IMG/VR virus record: IMGVR_UViG_3300009103_000004
Coordinates: 103,190-167,189 of that record
Length of the DNA stretch: 64,000 bases
DNA from: a virus
Reading direction: 5' to 3' (one strand)
This document shows positions 34,476 through 44,159 of this stretch, piece after piece; position 1 is the stretch's first letter, and each line of letters begins with the position of its first letter. Under the pieces are notes generated by a model. The model had not been told where the DNA came from. It ran no database searches and was given only the letters and a program-made list of their open reading frames with translations. A program made the translations under genes and the position numbers.

Positions 34476-34893
34476 TATCTTGTTCCTTTCGTTTGTCTCT
34501 TATAAACGCTATAACCCAAGAGGAATCTCCTGGGAATTCAAATATACCACCCAGATAAACTACCGAATATTGTTTGCCGAGATATTCTACCATAAAGTCT
34601 CCATTCATTTCACTAGGCTCAAACCATAACCCGCTATCTGGCAAACGTATGGCGACTTGATGCTCACCAACGGATACATCTAAAACTGGAAGGCGTAATT
34701 TATATAGCTCGTGGCGAATAATTACTCGTTGGAGTGGTTTATTAACCGGAGGAACTGTAACAACCTGGGACTCTTCTGATTCCTCATACTCGGGAGTTAG
34801 ATCCTCGCCAGACAATATGAGTTCCTTTACACGACGTTGCCGCTCTACGTTATCAGGCGGCGTTCCAGTGGGTACTGTTTGTTTCTTAGCCAT
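34453..34893 (-). CDS. hypothetical protein
   Basis: ORF track. Confidence 0.65.
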   Translation of the reverse strand: MAKKQTVPTGTPPDNVERQRRVKELILSGEDLTPEYEESEESQVVTVPPVNKPLQRVIIRHELYKLRLPVLDVSVGEHQVAIRLPDSGLWFEPSEMNGDFMVEYLGKQYSVVYLGGIFEFPGDSSWVIAFIRDKRKEQDNEEELED

Positions 34894-34895
34894 AA

Positions 34896-35501
34896 TTAGT
34901 TTTTATCCATTCTTAGATTAGATAGTTCCACTACTCGTGCAACCGCTGCTCCACTCAATATCTCAAACCCAACACCCAGAACAGCCTGCTCCTGGTCAAT
35001 TGGTGAAAATTTAAATATGATATTTTTCGAACCACCCAACAATATAAATGAACCGAAGTTGGCGCATGTGTATACCGCCTTTACATCAAATGGGCTCAAG
35101 TCCTCCAACTCGGAATCATTTGCGGCACACAATAAAAGAGTTGTATCGAATTTGTATGTCTTAACCAACTCCTTATACAATAAAGAAGAGGCCATGAGAA
35201 AAGCTTTATACATGGAATCATTCCCACCAGCACACGCATAAAGCTTACAAATAGAATCAACACTAAGAGCAGACAGACTGTTTGTTTTTGTGTTTATGAA
35301 CGAAAGATACTCCACATCGCATTTCTTACAACAATCTTGAAGCGTTTGACGCCTAGGGAGAGTTTTCTTAGTAACCCAACGATGAAGCTGAAGGTAAGAT
35401 ACGCCTAAAAACCGGGCCATATCTTGGTATGAAAAACCATTCTCTATACGTTTAAACTCAAGTAATTCCGCGAACTTATCCTGAATTTGAGCTTTAGTCA
35501 T
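34896..35501 (-). CDS. XRE-family HTH transcriptional regulator
   Basis: RIENGFSYQDMARFLGVSYLQLHRWVTKKTLP HTH pattern. Confidence 0.75.
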   Translation of the reverse strand: MTKAQIQDKFAELLEFKRIENGFSYQDMARFLGVSYLQLHRWVTKKTLPRRQTLQDCCKKCDVEYLSFINTKTNSLSALSVDSICKLYACAGGNDSMYKAFLMASSLLYKELVKTYKFDTTLLLCAANDSELEDLSPFDVKAVYTCANFGSFILLGGSKNIIFKFSPIDQEQAVLGVGFEILSGAAVARVVELSNLRMDKN

Positions 35502-35540
35502 GATATACAAATGATATACATTGAAAACCCTGTAAAGATA

Positions 35541-35568
35541 AAAAGGCCCACACTGATGTGGGCCTTTT
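35541..35568. terminator. intrinsic terminator
   Basis: aaaaggcccaca-ctga-tgtgggcctttt. Confidence 0.75.
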
Positions 35569-35612
35569 TAGAGAGGGCTAGCCTGGCGGGCTAGGTTATC
35601 GTGGTCGACGCA

Positions 35613-35894
35613 TCAAGTAGAAGCAGTTTGTCTCAAATTTTCCGGAAGGTTTTCGCTTCCCTCGGGTGTAGGAGCTTGCTGCCTACCATTTACTTCTGCG
35701 AGTATAGATTCGCGAATGGTAGCTGCCTTTTGGAGCAACCTAGTTGCCTTGGCATCGCTGTGTTGAAAAAGCCTGGCTGCTTGTTCTGCTGTAGCTCCCG
35801 AGCCACTAACCATTTGGTTAATGAACCCAGCTGCGTTTGCTTTCTTGAAGCGCATGACTGCTTCTTCTTTGGACATTTGTGGTTGGTCGGTCAT
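35613..35894 (-). CDS. small Ala/Gln-rich protein
   Basis: ORF with AACCAAGA leader and terminator. Confidence 0.6.
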   Translation of the reverse strand: MTDQPQMSKEEAVMRFKKANAAGFINQMVSGSGATAEQAARLFQHSDAKATRLLQKAATIRESILAEVNGRQQAPTPEGSENLPENLRQTAST

Positions 35895-35971
35895 AACATG
35901 TAATGGTTCTTGGTTATAAAAATAAAGTTAGAGAATTATTACTTACATACTACTAGGAGTCAAATAAAAAA

Positions 35972-36304
35972 TTAGTAAGACACAACGAAGGAATATACCA
36001 CGCCTTCGCGAGACTCAAAACTAGGAATGCTTTTAGCAGAACACCAACTCATATGTGTAAATGCAGCCAACAAAGAACCAAAGAATGTATGGTCGCGAGT
36101 GTAGAAGATCTCCTGCCCTACTAAGTCCATTTGATTATCTTGCACTTTCATAGGATTAGAATCTACAGACGCTAATTCTTTTACAAGACGAGCGAGATTC
36201 TCACCGCCTACCTGAACGAGATGTAATACACCCGAACTGTCCGTTATAGCAAGGCTTACAACCAAATTCTTTTCCAGAACTTCAATATTCTTTTTGTTTC
36301 GCAT
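35972..36304 (-). CDS. hypothetical protein
   Basis: ORF track. Confidence 0.55.
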   Translation of the reverse strand: MRNKKNIEVLEKNLVVSLAITDSSGVLHLVQVGGENLARLVKELASVDSNPMKVQDNQMDLVGQEIFYTRDHTFFGSLLAAFTHMSWCSAKSIPSFESREGVVYSFVVSY

Positions 36305-36372
36305 AAGTAACTAATAGTTAAAAAAAACGCCCGACTCAACAACAAGTGTCAGGCGTTTTTTTAAATGTCAAG

Positions 36373-37362
36373 CTACATTGTGTAGCTTTTGGACGGGTCC
36401 TTTATGTGACAAGCATTATGCAATGCCTCTCTATCTAGATCCCACGGATCCTCGGCTGGGATGAACTTGAAGTCTGCTGGTATGTGATCCAGCACACTTA
36501 AGTCTTTGTATAGCCTACCACTGGCCGTCAAGCGATCCCGCAACGATGCTTCGTCAGCATTAGTCATAGACGGCTTTGGGTGCCTGATATACGGGCACTT
36601 ACGGTCGAACTTAGACGAGATAGCTGCTTTTAGGCTACGGTAGGCCGGAGTTTCTATGTCCGACTCCAACTCGTAATCTCTGAAAGTGTAGTGGTTGAAG
36701 GTGGGGACACCAAAGACAGGTGTCTGATCCTTCTTATACCACTCAATTCCAGAGCTTGGCAAATTTGCCATGTCTGTGTTGAACTCCAGCGAATCGAGCA
36801 AGCCCGGCAACTTGATGGTTGTCGTATTGGTCGCACCCGAACCATCGGTCCACTTGAACTTGCGAGTGGTTTGATACCTCCTTGATTGCCCAAGGAAGGC
36901 ATTAATAATGCTTCCCACCTTCAAGGTGTTTACAACTGGGCTCTTACTATCGCCCCACCCTTTTATGGATTCAGCTTCTATGCCCGAGCCACCGTAGGGA
37001 GAAACTTGAGACCGCACTACAGCGGTGTGATCATGCAGATAAAAATTTTGCATCTTAGTCAGCCGCCGTTTTATTGTGGCCAACGCATCATCCACCATAC
37101 TTTGGTCTAGGTTTTTTACATCACTTAGATCAGGCAGCGGCAAGTCTATGAAGCCATTAGCGCCACGAGTTTTGATCGGAATGTGCATAAGGTCCCTAGC
37201 CCTGTTGACCTTAACATAGAGGAAGTAGTACTCTATGAACATACCTGGATCCATCTTGGTATGTTTGTTTGGTACTACTAGTTTCGAGTGGTACATTAGT
37301 TTCTCCGTCGAAACAAAGAAACCATCCATCGGAGATTTATCTTTTTTATTTTTTTTGCTCAT
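36373..37362 (-). CDS. hypothetical protein
   Basis: 329-aa ORF with promoter motif 37399-37409 and terminator 36320-36362. Confidence 0.7.
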   Translation of the reverse strand: MSKKNKKDKSPMDGFFVSTEKLMYHSKLVVPNKHTKMDPGMFIEYYFLYVKVNRARDLMHIPIKTRGANGFIDLPLPDLSDVKNLDQSMVDDALATIKRRLTKMQNFYLHDHTAVVRSQVSPYGGSGIEAESIKGWGDSKSPVVNTLKVGSIINAFLGQSRRYQTTRKFKWTDGSGATNTTTIKLPGLLDSLEFNTDMANLPSSGIEWYKKDQTPVFGVPTFNHYTFRDYELESDIETPAYRSLKAAISSKFDRKCPYIRHPKPSMTNADEASLRDRLTASGRLYKDLSVLDHIPADFKFIPAEDPWDLDREALHNACHIKDPSKSYTM

Positions 37363-37419
37363 GTTTATATTCTTGGTTAAAATTTAAGATACCAAGAATA
37401 TATAACACATTCCCAGTAG

Positions 37420-37800
37420 CTATTCCAAAGGCTCCTTATATAGCTTTTTATTAGGAAGCCCTATACTTTCTGCATACTCAACCTGGTATGCTTGATACTC
37501 TGTCTTGGGACGTGTACTTATGTATTCCACAAGACCAGTTTTTTTGTTTTTGTGCAGAGTGAAAACAACTCTGTAATTAGAGAATATTTTATCTTTCTCA
37601 ACTTCTATATATAATTCCTTAGAGCATGGGTGCAATGTTGCATCTCCTTGCTCTGATACTACGTCTAAGCTAAAAGACTTCCCATCATCATGTATGGTAG
37701 GCTGTCTTAATGTGTAAGCTTCGATTTTATCGAAGCCTTCCTTCGATTCCACTTTCTTCTTCTGTCTTGGCATTTTCTTCTTCTTTCTCCTTGTTTCCAA
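37420..37800 (-). CDS. hypothetical protein (start uncertain)
   Basis: ORF track. Confidence 0.55.
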   Translation of the reverse strand: METRRKKKKMPRQKKKVESKEGFDKIEAYTLRQPTIHDDGKSFSLDVVSEQGDATLHPCSKELYIEVEKDKIFSNYRVVFTLHKNKKTGLVEYISTRPKTEYQAYQVEYAESIGLPNKKLYKEPLE

Positions 37801-37933
37801 TTAATGCTGTCTTAACCCAGCTACATAGTTTTATAAATGGCCATATTATAGTTTCAAACTTTAATTTTAACCTACATGCGGAAAATACTCCCAAGTAAAA
37901 ACCGACCATTAAATAGAATAATGTTACTTCCAT
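37727..37933 (-). CDS. small membrane protein
   Basis: Hydrophobic N-terminus. Confidence 0.5.
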   Translation of the reverse strand: MEVTLFYLMVGFYLGVFSACRLKLKFETIIWPFIKLCSWVKTALIGNKEKEEENAKTEEESGIEGRLR

Positions 37934-37935
37934 CT

Positions 37936-38424
37936 CTAATCATCCTTAATCTTAATTTCTTCAACTTTGCCTTTGTTGAGCTTATTATGAACAGCTTGCT
38001 CAACAATTAACGATTCCATACCTTCGCGACCATCGCATTCACTACAAGAATCCAGATGATATGTACCACCTGGTTCGTATGTGAAATTACTAGAGTTGGT
38101 GTGTGGTGTAAGATAGCACGCAGGTCGCTGGCAACAAACACACACCATAGCACATAACTCTTTATCCACAGAAGCACCACAGCATGGAGTAAACCGAACA
38201 TTATCTAAATATTTGATGTATCCGGTGTTAATCCATTTGCAGTCTTTGCTTATGCTAACCTTCTTTGAACAATTTCCACAAGTTATCCAGTCCGACCCAT
38301 ACGGGTCTAACTCATCGTACTCTTCCGTTCTAATTAAGTATTTTGTTTTACCACGAACTCTAAGTATCATGTCTACCAAATGTTTGACATGTCGCTTATA
38401 TATAGGATCCTTCGGATGTATCAT
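37936..38424 (-). CDS. Cys-rich putative zinc-binding protein
   Basis: CGNC, PCCG, CVCC, CSEC. Confidence 0.65.
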   Translation of the reverse strand: MIHPKDPIYKRHVKHLVDMILRVRGKTKYLIRTEEYDELDPYGSDWITCGNCSKKVSISKDCKWINTGYIKYLDNVRFTPCCGASVDKELCAMVCVCCQRPACYLTPHTNSSNFTYEPGGTYHLDSCSECDGREGMESLIVEQAVHNKLNKGKVEEIKIKDD

Positions 38425-40061
38425 GAGAAGTAATCTGAAAGAAACTTATGTTTCTGATCACTATCCAAGTCAAGAAAATCCACTAACTCAGACATTTTGG
38501 TAACGGCATCCCTACGTCGTTTATCACAAGCTGCGAAATCAACCGTAGATATATCATTCTTAAATGTGGTAGGGTTGCCCCTAAATGGAGGTACGTATAT
38601 TATAGAGCCTTCCTTATCAAGTTTAGATAGTTTAGATTTTAACGTAATTGGAGTTATAGCCAACTGTTCGGAAATAAAAGAAACATCAAGCTCGTAAAAA
38701 TCATTAACTGGATGCCCGTATAACTCAATATACTTTACTAACTCCGAGTCTCCTTCCTCGTTTAACAATTTGATTTTACATGTTTTCTTGGATTCTGGTG
38801 AACGCTCTATCACATCATTAGATATTAATATCGACATGGCAGACGATACATAGGCTTGGTGTATGTTTAATTTACGAGCTAAGTCGAAGTTAGTTATTTT
38901 CGTAACTCCATTAGAATCCATTAAATTCCTAAGAGAACTATATACAGACCGGATAATACTTTCCTCAGGATAAGTAGTATCCAAAAACCATTGTTGCGTT
39001 GATATTGACTTCGCATCTTCGTAAAAGATGCACCTAGACTCTAGACCATCCCTACCCGCACGACCAGTTTCTTGTGCATACTGCTCTATGGATCCGGGTA
39101 TATCTACATGTATTACACTTCGTATGTCACTTTTGTCTACGCCCAAGCCGAAGGCATTGGTGGAAAACATAACACGAACATCGTTAGACATGAACAGATT
39201 CTGACTGGTGGTTCGCTCATCGGGCGTCATGCCGCCATTATATACGAGACACTCGCCGTCAATCTGTCCTTTGTATGTATTATACAATTCGTGTGTTTTC
39301 TTTTTAGTAGAACAATAAACTATAGTACTTCCAGATATACTGTTTATAGTAGTTAGCAAATGACTCGGGCTGTAAGGATATGTTTCAAACTGTAGATTTT
39401 TTCGTTCTGGATAAAAAACAATTTTACTGGCACCGCTTATAGTTAGAGCATCTCTAACATCTCCCTCCATGTCCTCAGTTAATGTAGCTGTAAGGGCTAA
39501 TATAACTTCAGGGCAGAGTTCTGATATAAACTCTCCTATCTTTATATAGTCTGGGCGAAAGCTATGTGCCCACTGACTTATGCAGTGTGCCTCGTCTATT
39601 ACTACCATGTCTGGCTTACGGGAAAACATAAGCTCTACAAACCTATCGTTTTGTAGCCGTTCAGGTGCAACTAACAAGAACTGCAAGTCACCACTGTCCC
39701 ACTCCAAAATAACATTATTATTTTCAGCGGCTGTTTGGCCACTAGAAATCTGACCCGCAGTGTAACCTTTGTCCCACAACGATTCAACTTGATCCTTCAT
39801 TAGTGAAACCAAAGGACTGAAGATGAGTGTTTTCCAGCCAACTGCACGAGTTGGAACTATATATATAGCAGACTTGCCGAAGCCGGTGGGCATAACACAT
39901 ATAGTATCTCGCTTGAGCATTAGGTTCATTACCGCCTGATCCTGTCCCTCTTTAAGCGAGTCGTAACCTAACTCTTCTAAGACTTTGGGCATATTGCCGA
40001 AGCCCTCTGTTAGACTTGCAGGACAAGATTCCGACCTTCTTAACTTTTCAGTAGATTCCAT
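38421..40061 (-). CDS. recQ: RecQ-family DNA helicase
   Basis: MPTGFGKS, SPLVSLMKDQ, VAPERL, DEAHCISQWAHSFRPDY, TAT, STNAFGLGVDK, QETGRAGRDG. Confidence 0.92.
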   Translation of the reverse strand: MESTEKLRRSESCPASLTEGFGNMPKVLEELGYDSLKEGQDQAVMNLMLKRDTICVMPTGFGKSAIYIVPTRAVGWKTLIFSPLVSLMKDQVESLWDKGYTAGQISSGQTAAENNNVILEWDSGDLQFLLVAPERLQNDRFVELMFSRKPDMVVIDEAHCISQWAHSFRPDYIKIGEFISELCPEVILALTATLTEDMEGDVRDALTISGASKIVFYPERKNLQFETYPYSPSHLLTTINSISGSTIVYCSTKKKTHELYNTYKGQIDGECLVYNGGMTPDERTTSQNLFMSNDVRVMFSTNAFGLGVDKSDIRSVIHVDIPGSIEQYAQETGRAGRDGLESRCIFYEDAKSISTQQWFLDTTYPEESIIRSVYSSLRNLMDSNGVTKITNFDLARKLNIHQAYVSSAMSILISNDVIERSPESKKTCKIKLLNEEGDSELVKYIELYGHPVNDFYELDVSFISEQLAITPITLKSKLSKLDKEGSIIYVPPFRGNPTTFKNDISTVDFAACDKRRRDAVTKMSELVDFLDLDSDQKHKFLSDYFS

Positions 40062-40603
40062 AGCTTGATGAAGTTTGTAAACTGAGCAGACTTAGTTGAA
40101 TGATCCTCGTCTGATTCAAAAGTATTATAACCTAAAGATATACAAGCCATATTCAGATCAAACGAAAAACGCTCTTCAGCTGTTATTATAGCTGGGCCAT
40201 TATACAAATTAACCATATCACGTTGCACATGATTAGCATTCCAATCTGGGTCTGGTAACAAATGTCTTCGTGACCACCACCAAGCAGCGCGTTGTATAAG
40301 CGCTAAGTTATGTATGCTAACGAGCAATGTGTTAGGACCAGTTACATCGTAATACAAATTTATAGTTTCTATTACAGCATCCCAGCAAGAAGCGGTTATA
40401 TTACTTTCATTTAGTGTAAACTCTAAGTCATCCAGTATCTCGTCACCCTTAACATGCCTTACAATTAAATTAATATTATATGTGTCAGGATGTCTGGGGT
40501 GACAAAGATTAGGATACTTTAACAATGCAGGGTATACGAAAACTATACTCCTGTTACTGAACGGGTCAGGGGGAGTTGGCATCCCGAATGTTTCATTAGC
40601 CAT
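40040..40603 (-). CDS. hypothetical protein
   Basis: ORF in operon. Confidence 0.6.
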   Translation of the reverse strand: MANETFGMPTPPDPFSNRSIVFVYPALLKYPNLCHPRHPDTYNINLIVRHVKGDEILDDLEFTLNESNITASCWDAVIETINLYYDVTGPNTLLVSIHNLALIQRAAWWWSRRHLLPDPDWNANHVQRDMVNLYNGPAIITAEERFSFDLNMACISLGYNTFESDEDHSTKSAQFTNFIKLWNLLKS

Positions 40604-40604
40604 T

Positions 40605-41030
40605 TTAAGTAGATAGCAGAATACTTTTATTTATATGATCGCTACCAACTACAACAACACCATAATCGGGGTTGTCGGGCCAGTCTACGATATCACACTC
40701 GAATATAGAACCTTCGAGACTACGTTTGGAGACAAAGAATCCGCCTGTTGCACTTCTTGTGTCAGATGCTGTTTTATACAAAATAAGATCACCAAGCCTG
40801 GGCCGACCGACTCTTCTATCTGCAGCCATGCGCTCGTCATTATTAAGTACAAACAATCCCACGTCTATGAAGACATCATTTTTGGTATCGCTAAACTCTT
40901 CAGTTGGAAACGGACCTATGATCGTTTCATAAGAGTTACTGCTAAGTTGCCAAAATTTAAATTCTTTAGAGTGGCGACATCTGAGGAAGTAATAAGCAAA
41001 TCCTTCTTGAGAGTCGGATTTTTGTATCAC
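40605..41030 (-). CDS. hypothetical protein
   Basis: ORF in operon (TAGTG overlap). Confidence 0.55.
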   Translation of the reverse strand: MIQKSDSQEGFAYYFLRCRHSKEFKFWQLSSNSYETIIGPFPTEEFSDTKNDVFIDVGLFVLNNDERMAADRRVGRPRLGDLILYKTASDTRSATGGFFVSKRSLEGSIFECDIVDWPDNPDYGVVVVGSDHINKSILLST

Positions 41031-41479
41031 TAGCGCTTCGTAATTAAAGATTTTATAGGTGTTAACGATATGTAGAACGAATCTATCTCACGTGTATGTG
41101 AATCAAATACCACTAATGAATCTAAGAAGTTTTTAACAAATTCCAGATTCTCGGTACACATAATGACAAACAACCCATCCAAGCCTTTTACTACGGAATC
41201 CGATACTACTGCAAAATAGTCAAGGTCATTCATGACAGCTTTTACTAAATCGGATTTTGCGCCTTTGTGAAACAAATCCCAAAAAACACGATACCTATCT
41301 CTATATATTATTAAGTCCTCTCTAATTATAATATTTTTAATGTCATCAAACTTATTATGAATTTCATCTAAAATATCTTCTTCTGTGTCTGTTAAGTTAT
41401 TCAGCTTCAGCATCTGACTCAGTTGATAATTGCTCAGTTTCATCGGAGTCCCCTTCTTTAAGCTTTTGTAATTCATCAC
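41030..41479 (-). CDS. hypothetical protein (start probably at MKLSNY)
   Basis: ORF in operon. Confidence 0.55.
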   Translation of the reverse strand: MMNYKSLKKGTPMKLSNYQLSQMLKLNNLTDTEEDILDEIHNKFDDIKNIIIREDLIIYRDRYRVFWDLFHKGAKSDLVKAVMNDLDYFAVVSDSVVKGLDGLFVIMCTENLEFVKNFLDSLVVFDSHTREIDSFYISLTPIKSLITKR

Positions 41480-42683
41480 AAGACGTATCTGGAACCTCGT
41501 AACCTACTATTCCCAGTTGTGATCGTAGCTCATCAACCAGATGGCTATCCATAAACGTGTTAAAGAAGTCATTAGCTTTAACGCCAACAACCTCTAGCTC
41601 CTCACAACTGTAACGCTTACGACTCTCTATAATACCGCAATGCCTGTTAGCTGCCAGCCAACTGCACGTAGTATTACCCATATACAACGAAGGTTGTTTC
41701 CAACTTTCTGTATCTAGGTATGGCTTTCCCACTATCTCAAACTCAAGAAAACCGCCCTCAGGGCCATAACTATTTTTTGCTACGGTACATTTTACTATAC
41801 TTCCTACTTTTTCGGTGCCATTCTTAGCAACACCCTTTCTAGTAAGTATAAGTTGTAATGCAGCGTTTTGGTTAAACGCGTTGCCACCTATCTTTGTACG
41901 ATTGAATGTAGCTGAAACCTCTGGACTTATAAAAGCACCACCACCGAAGCCTGTGGATACTTGTTGATTTTGGTGGCTGACTATTATTAAGAATACATTA
42001 TTCTGCTTAAGCCAGCTAGGGAGAATGCGGCACCATTGGTGAGCAAACTTTGAATGACCGAAGTTTACTTTGTCTGTGCCAAACTCATTCTTTTTTACGT
42101 CTCCTCCGTAAAAAGACCTACCAATAGATTCGGTAGGACTCATTAGCTTACTAAAAGAGTCAACTGCACAGACAAGTGGTGTTGTACTGGGAACACCTAT
42201 TTGATTACGACAGACGTCAACAAAATCCTCTAAAGCAGAAACCATGCTGGGAATATCATCGCAGGTTTGTATGGTTATTTTAGAAAACATTTTATCTGCC
42301 AACGTTGGATCTGGGCACAAGCAACGTGCAACACGTTCGTTATTCATAGGCTTGCCCTCGGTTTCAACGTAAAAGAAAGGACTACCCTTGGCCATTGCCT
42401 GGCCCGCTATTGTAAATACCAAAGAAGACTTACCGACACCATCTTGTCCTAAAATCTCTAAAAGTGTGCCAGCTGGAAACCCACACATACCTATAGTTGC
42501 TTGCAAATATATACTATCAACTTCTATATAATCACGACGTAAGTCTGACATCGAGGTTACAGTAGTGGATGCCTTACGCTTACTGGCCATGGCGAGCATG
42601 GTCTCTTTAACTTGTGAGGAGAAATCTACATCATCCAACAGGTTGAATGATTCGGGTGTTTTATCTTTTTTCTTTCTAGGCAT
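41397..42683 (-). CDS. RecA/UvsX-like recombinase
   Basis: GFPAGTLLEILGQDGVGKSS Walker A, VDSF Walker B, GGNAF, KCTVAKN. Confidence 0.85.
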   Translation of the reverse strand: MPRKKKDKTPESFNLLDDVDFSSQVKETMLAMASKRKASTTVTSMSDLRRDYIEVDSIYLQATIGMCGFPAGTLLEILGQDGVGKSSLVFTIAGQAMAKGSPFFYVETEGKPMNNERVARCLCPDPTLADKMFSKITIQTCDDIPSMVSALEDFVDVCRNQIGVPSTTPLVCAVDSFSKLMSPTESIGRSFYGGDVKKNEFGTDKVNFGHSKFAHQWCRILPSWLKQNNVFLIIVSHQNQQVSTGFGGGAFISPEVSATFNRTKIGGNAFNQNAALQLILTRKGVAKNGTEKVGSIVKCTVAKNSYGPEGGFLEFEIVGKPYLDTESWKQPSLYMGNTTCSWLAANRHCGIIESRKRYSCEELEVVGVKANDFFNTFMDSHLVDELRSQLGIVGYEVPDTSCDELQKLKEGDSDETEQLSTESDAEAE

Positions 42684-42754
42684 AGTATTAAAAAATTAAA
42701 TAAGGGGGGCAGGATTACCCACCCCCCTTATTGTGAGTTGTTACGGTCTAATTT

Positions 42755-44032
42755 TTAACTACTTGGAGATACGCCCAACTTAGCACACAGGTCGAAAAAT
42801 TCAGGTAATTCTTCGTGTTTCAAGTTGTTGGGGTTCTCCTTAAACTTTGTAGATAGTTCGTCATAACGAGCTCTATCACTATCACTAACCTCTGTAGAAG
42901 TAGATTCTTTATTAGAATCAGCTGTGTTAACAGGTACTTGTATTTTAGGAACAGGCGTTGTCTCAGCTACTTTTTCCGCAGTTGGAGTAGGAAACGCAGC
43001 TGTATCAGTACCTATGGTGTTACCAGCAGGAATCTCATCCTCTACAACCTCCTCTTTTTCTATTTGCGAAGGTATGGAATAATCCGCATTACGAGCCGGG
43101 GCCACTGGTGTAGGTATGCCATTAGCGGCATGTGGTGCACAGGCCTGCTCTATAATGTTGTACGGTATTATACCATCTTGAACAACATAGTCCAAAATTT
43201 CGTCATACGACCAAACTCTAGTAACGTTTTCATCATCAGAAATAACATACCTGTCACGCAAAGCATCCGTATCAGATATATCCCACTTTTGATTACCATC
43301 CAAACGACCGGCAGAGTCTGAAAAGTGAAGACCAGCAAAGCGAATCTTATCATTGGATTCAGCCTGGGTTTCACGAACAGTTGCAGCAAGACCTTCCTTA
43401 GGATGGGTTATATCTCCGTAGAGATAGTCTTCCCATTCTTTAGATATAACCTCGTCGTTTCTGCCAGCACGAAGTGCCAACTTACTCTTTAGATCAGTCC
43501 ACGCTGCGTTTGTGAATATACCAATTTGATTCTCCGTTTTCCTACTATTCACGTCAGTCATCAAATACACGTTAGTAAGGACAAAATAACGCGGAGTAGG
43601 AGCAGCGGCTCTTTCCTTGTAGCTTTTGTCTTCAGTTAGTGCACGTATTTGTACGTCGTCTGACTTAATTGCAAAATCACGAATATCGAATATTGGATCA
43701 ACACCACGCTTTGATTGTTGACCATGCACTCCACTAAGTGGAGAAACTAGCGAAACGTTACCCTTTCCGTAGAATGTGTAACCTTGTATTATAAAATACC
43801 AGGAAGTAAACCCCGGCGTTTTAGTTTTCCAATCCTCGGGTAACTCAGCACTCCTGTACGAAAGATAAGAAGTTTCGTAGTCAGGGGTTCCTTGTTTGTC
43901 TGGATCGAAAGCAGGCAATACTCTCAAAAAGTATTGGCCCGAAGCTTTGAACTGTGTACTTTTAACACCGTCATGGAAAAACCCATGTGTGAATGTACGA
44001 CTTACATCTGATTGACTGCCACCTAATAGCAT
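42755..44032 (-). CDS. probable single-stranded DNA-binding protein
   Basis: YFLRVLP resembles the gp32-like IRFLP motif; acidic C-terminal region; located between polymerase and recombinase with its own promoter motif (44135-44145) and terminator. Confidence 0.5.
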   Translation of the reverse strand: MLLGGSQSDVSRTFTHGFFHDGVKSTQFKASGQYFLRVLPAFDPDKQGTPDYETSYLSYRSAELPEDWKTKTPGFTSWYFIIQGYTFYGKGNVSLVSPLSGVHGQQSKRGVDPIFDIRDFAIKSDDVQIRALTEDKSYKERAAAPTPRYFVLTNVYLMTDVNSRKTENQIGIFTNAAWTDLKSKLALRAGRNDEVISKEWEDYLYGDITHPKEGLAATVRETQAESNDKIRFAGLHFSDSAGRLDGNQKWDISDTDALRDRYVISDDENVTRVWSYDEILDYVVQDGIIPYNIIEQACAPHAANGIPTPVAPARNADYSIPSQIEKEEVVEDEIPAGNTIGTDTAAFPTPTAEKVAETTPVPKIQVPVNTADSNKESTSTEVSDSDRARYDELSTKFKENPNNLKHEELPEFFDLCAKLGVSPSS

Positions 44033-44159
44033 AGTATTTCTTTATGTTCTTATTGTTTGATCTAATTAATTACCAGTATCAGTAGATACCTAACAAAACT
44101 AAAATTCACGATACCTTAGAAAAGGTATCATATATATATACCACAAATCACCTCATAAT

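Noticed and set aside
40040-40603. DEDD exonuclease-like protein
   Set aside because: Only a faint C-terminal resemblance; catalytic acidic motifs not found.
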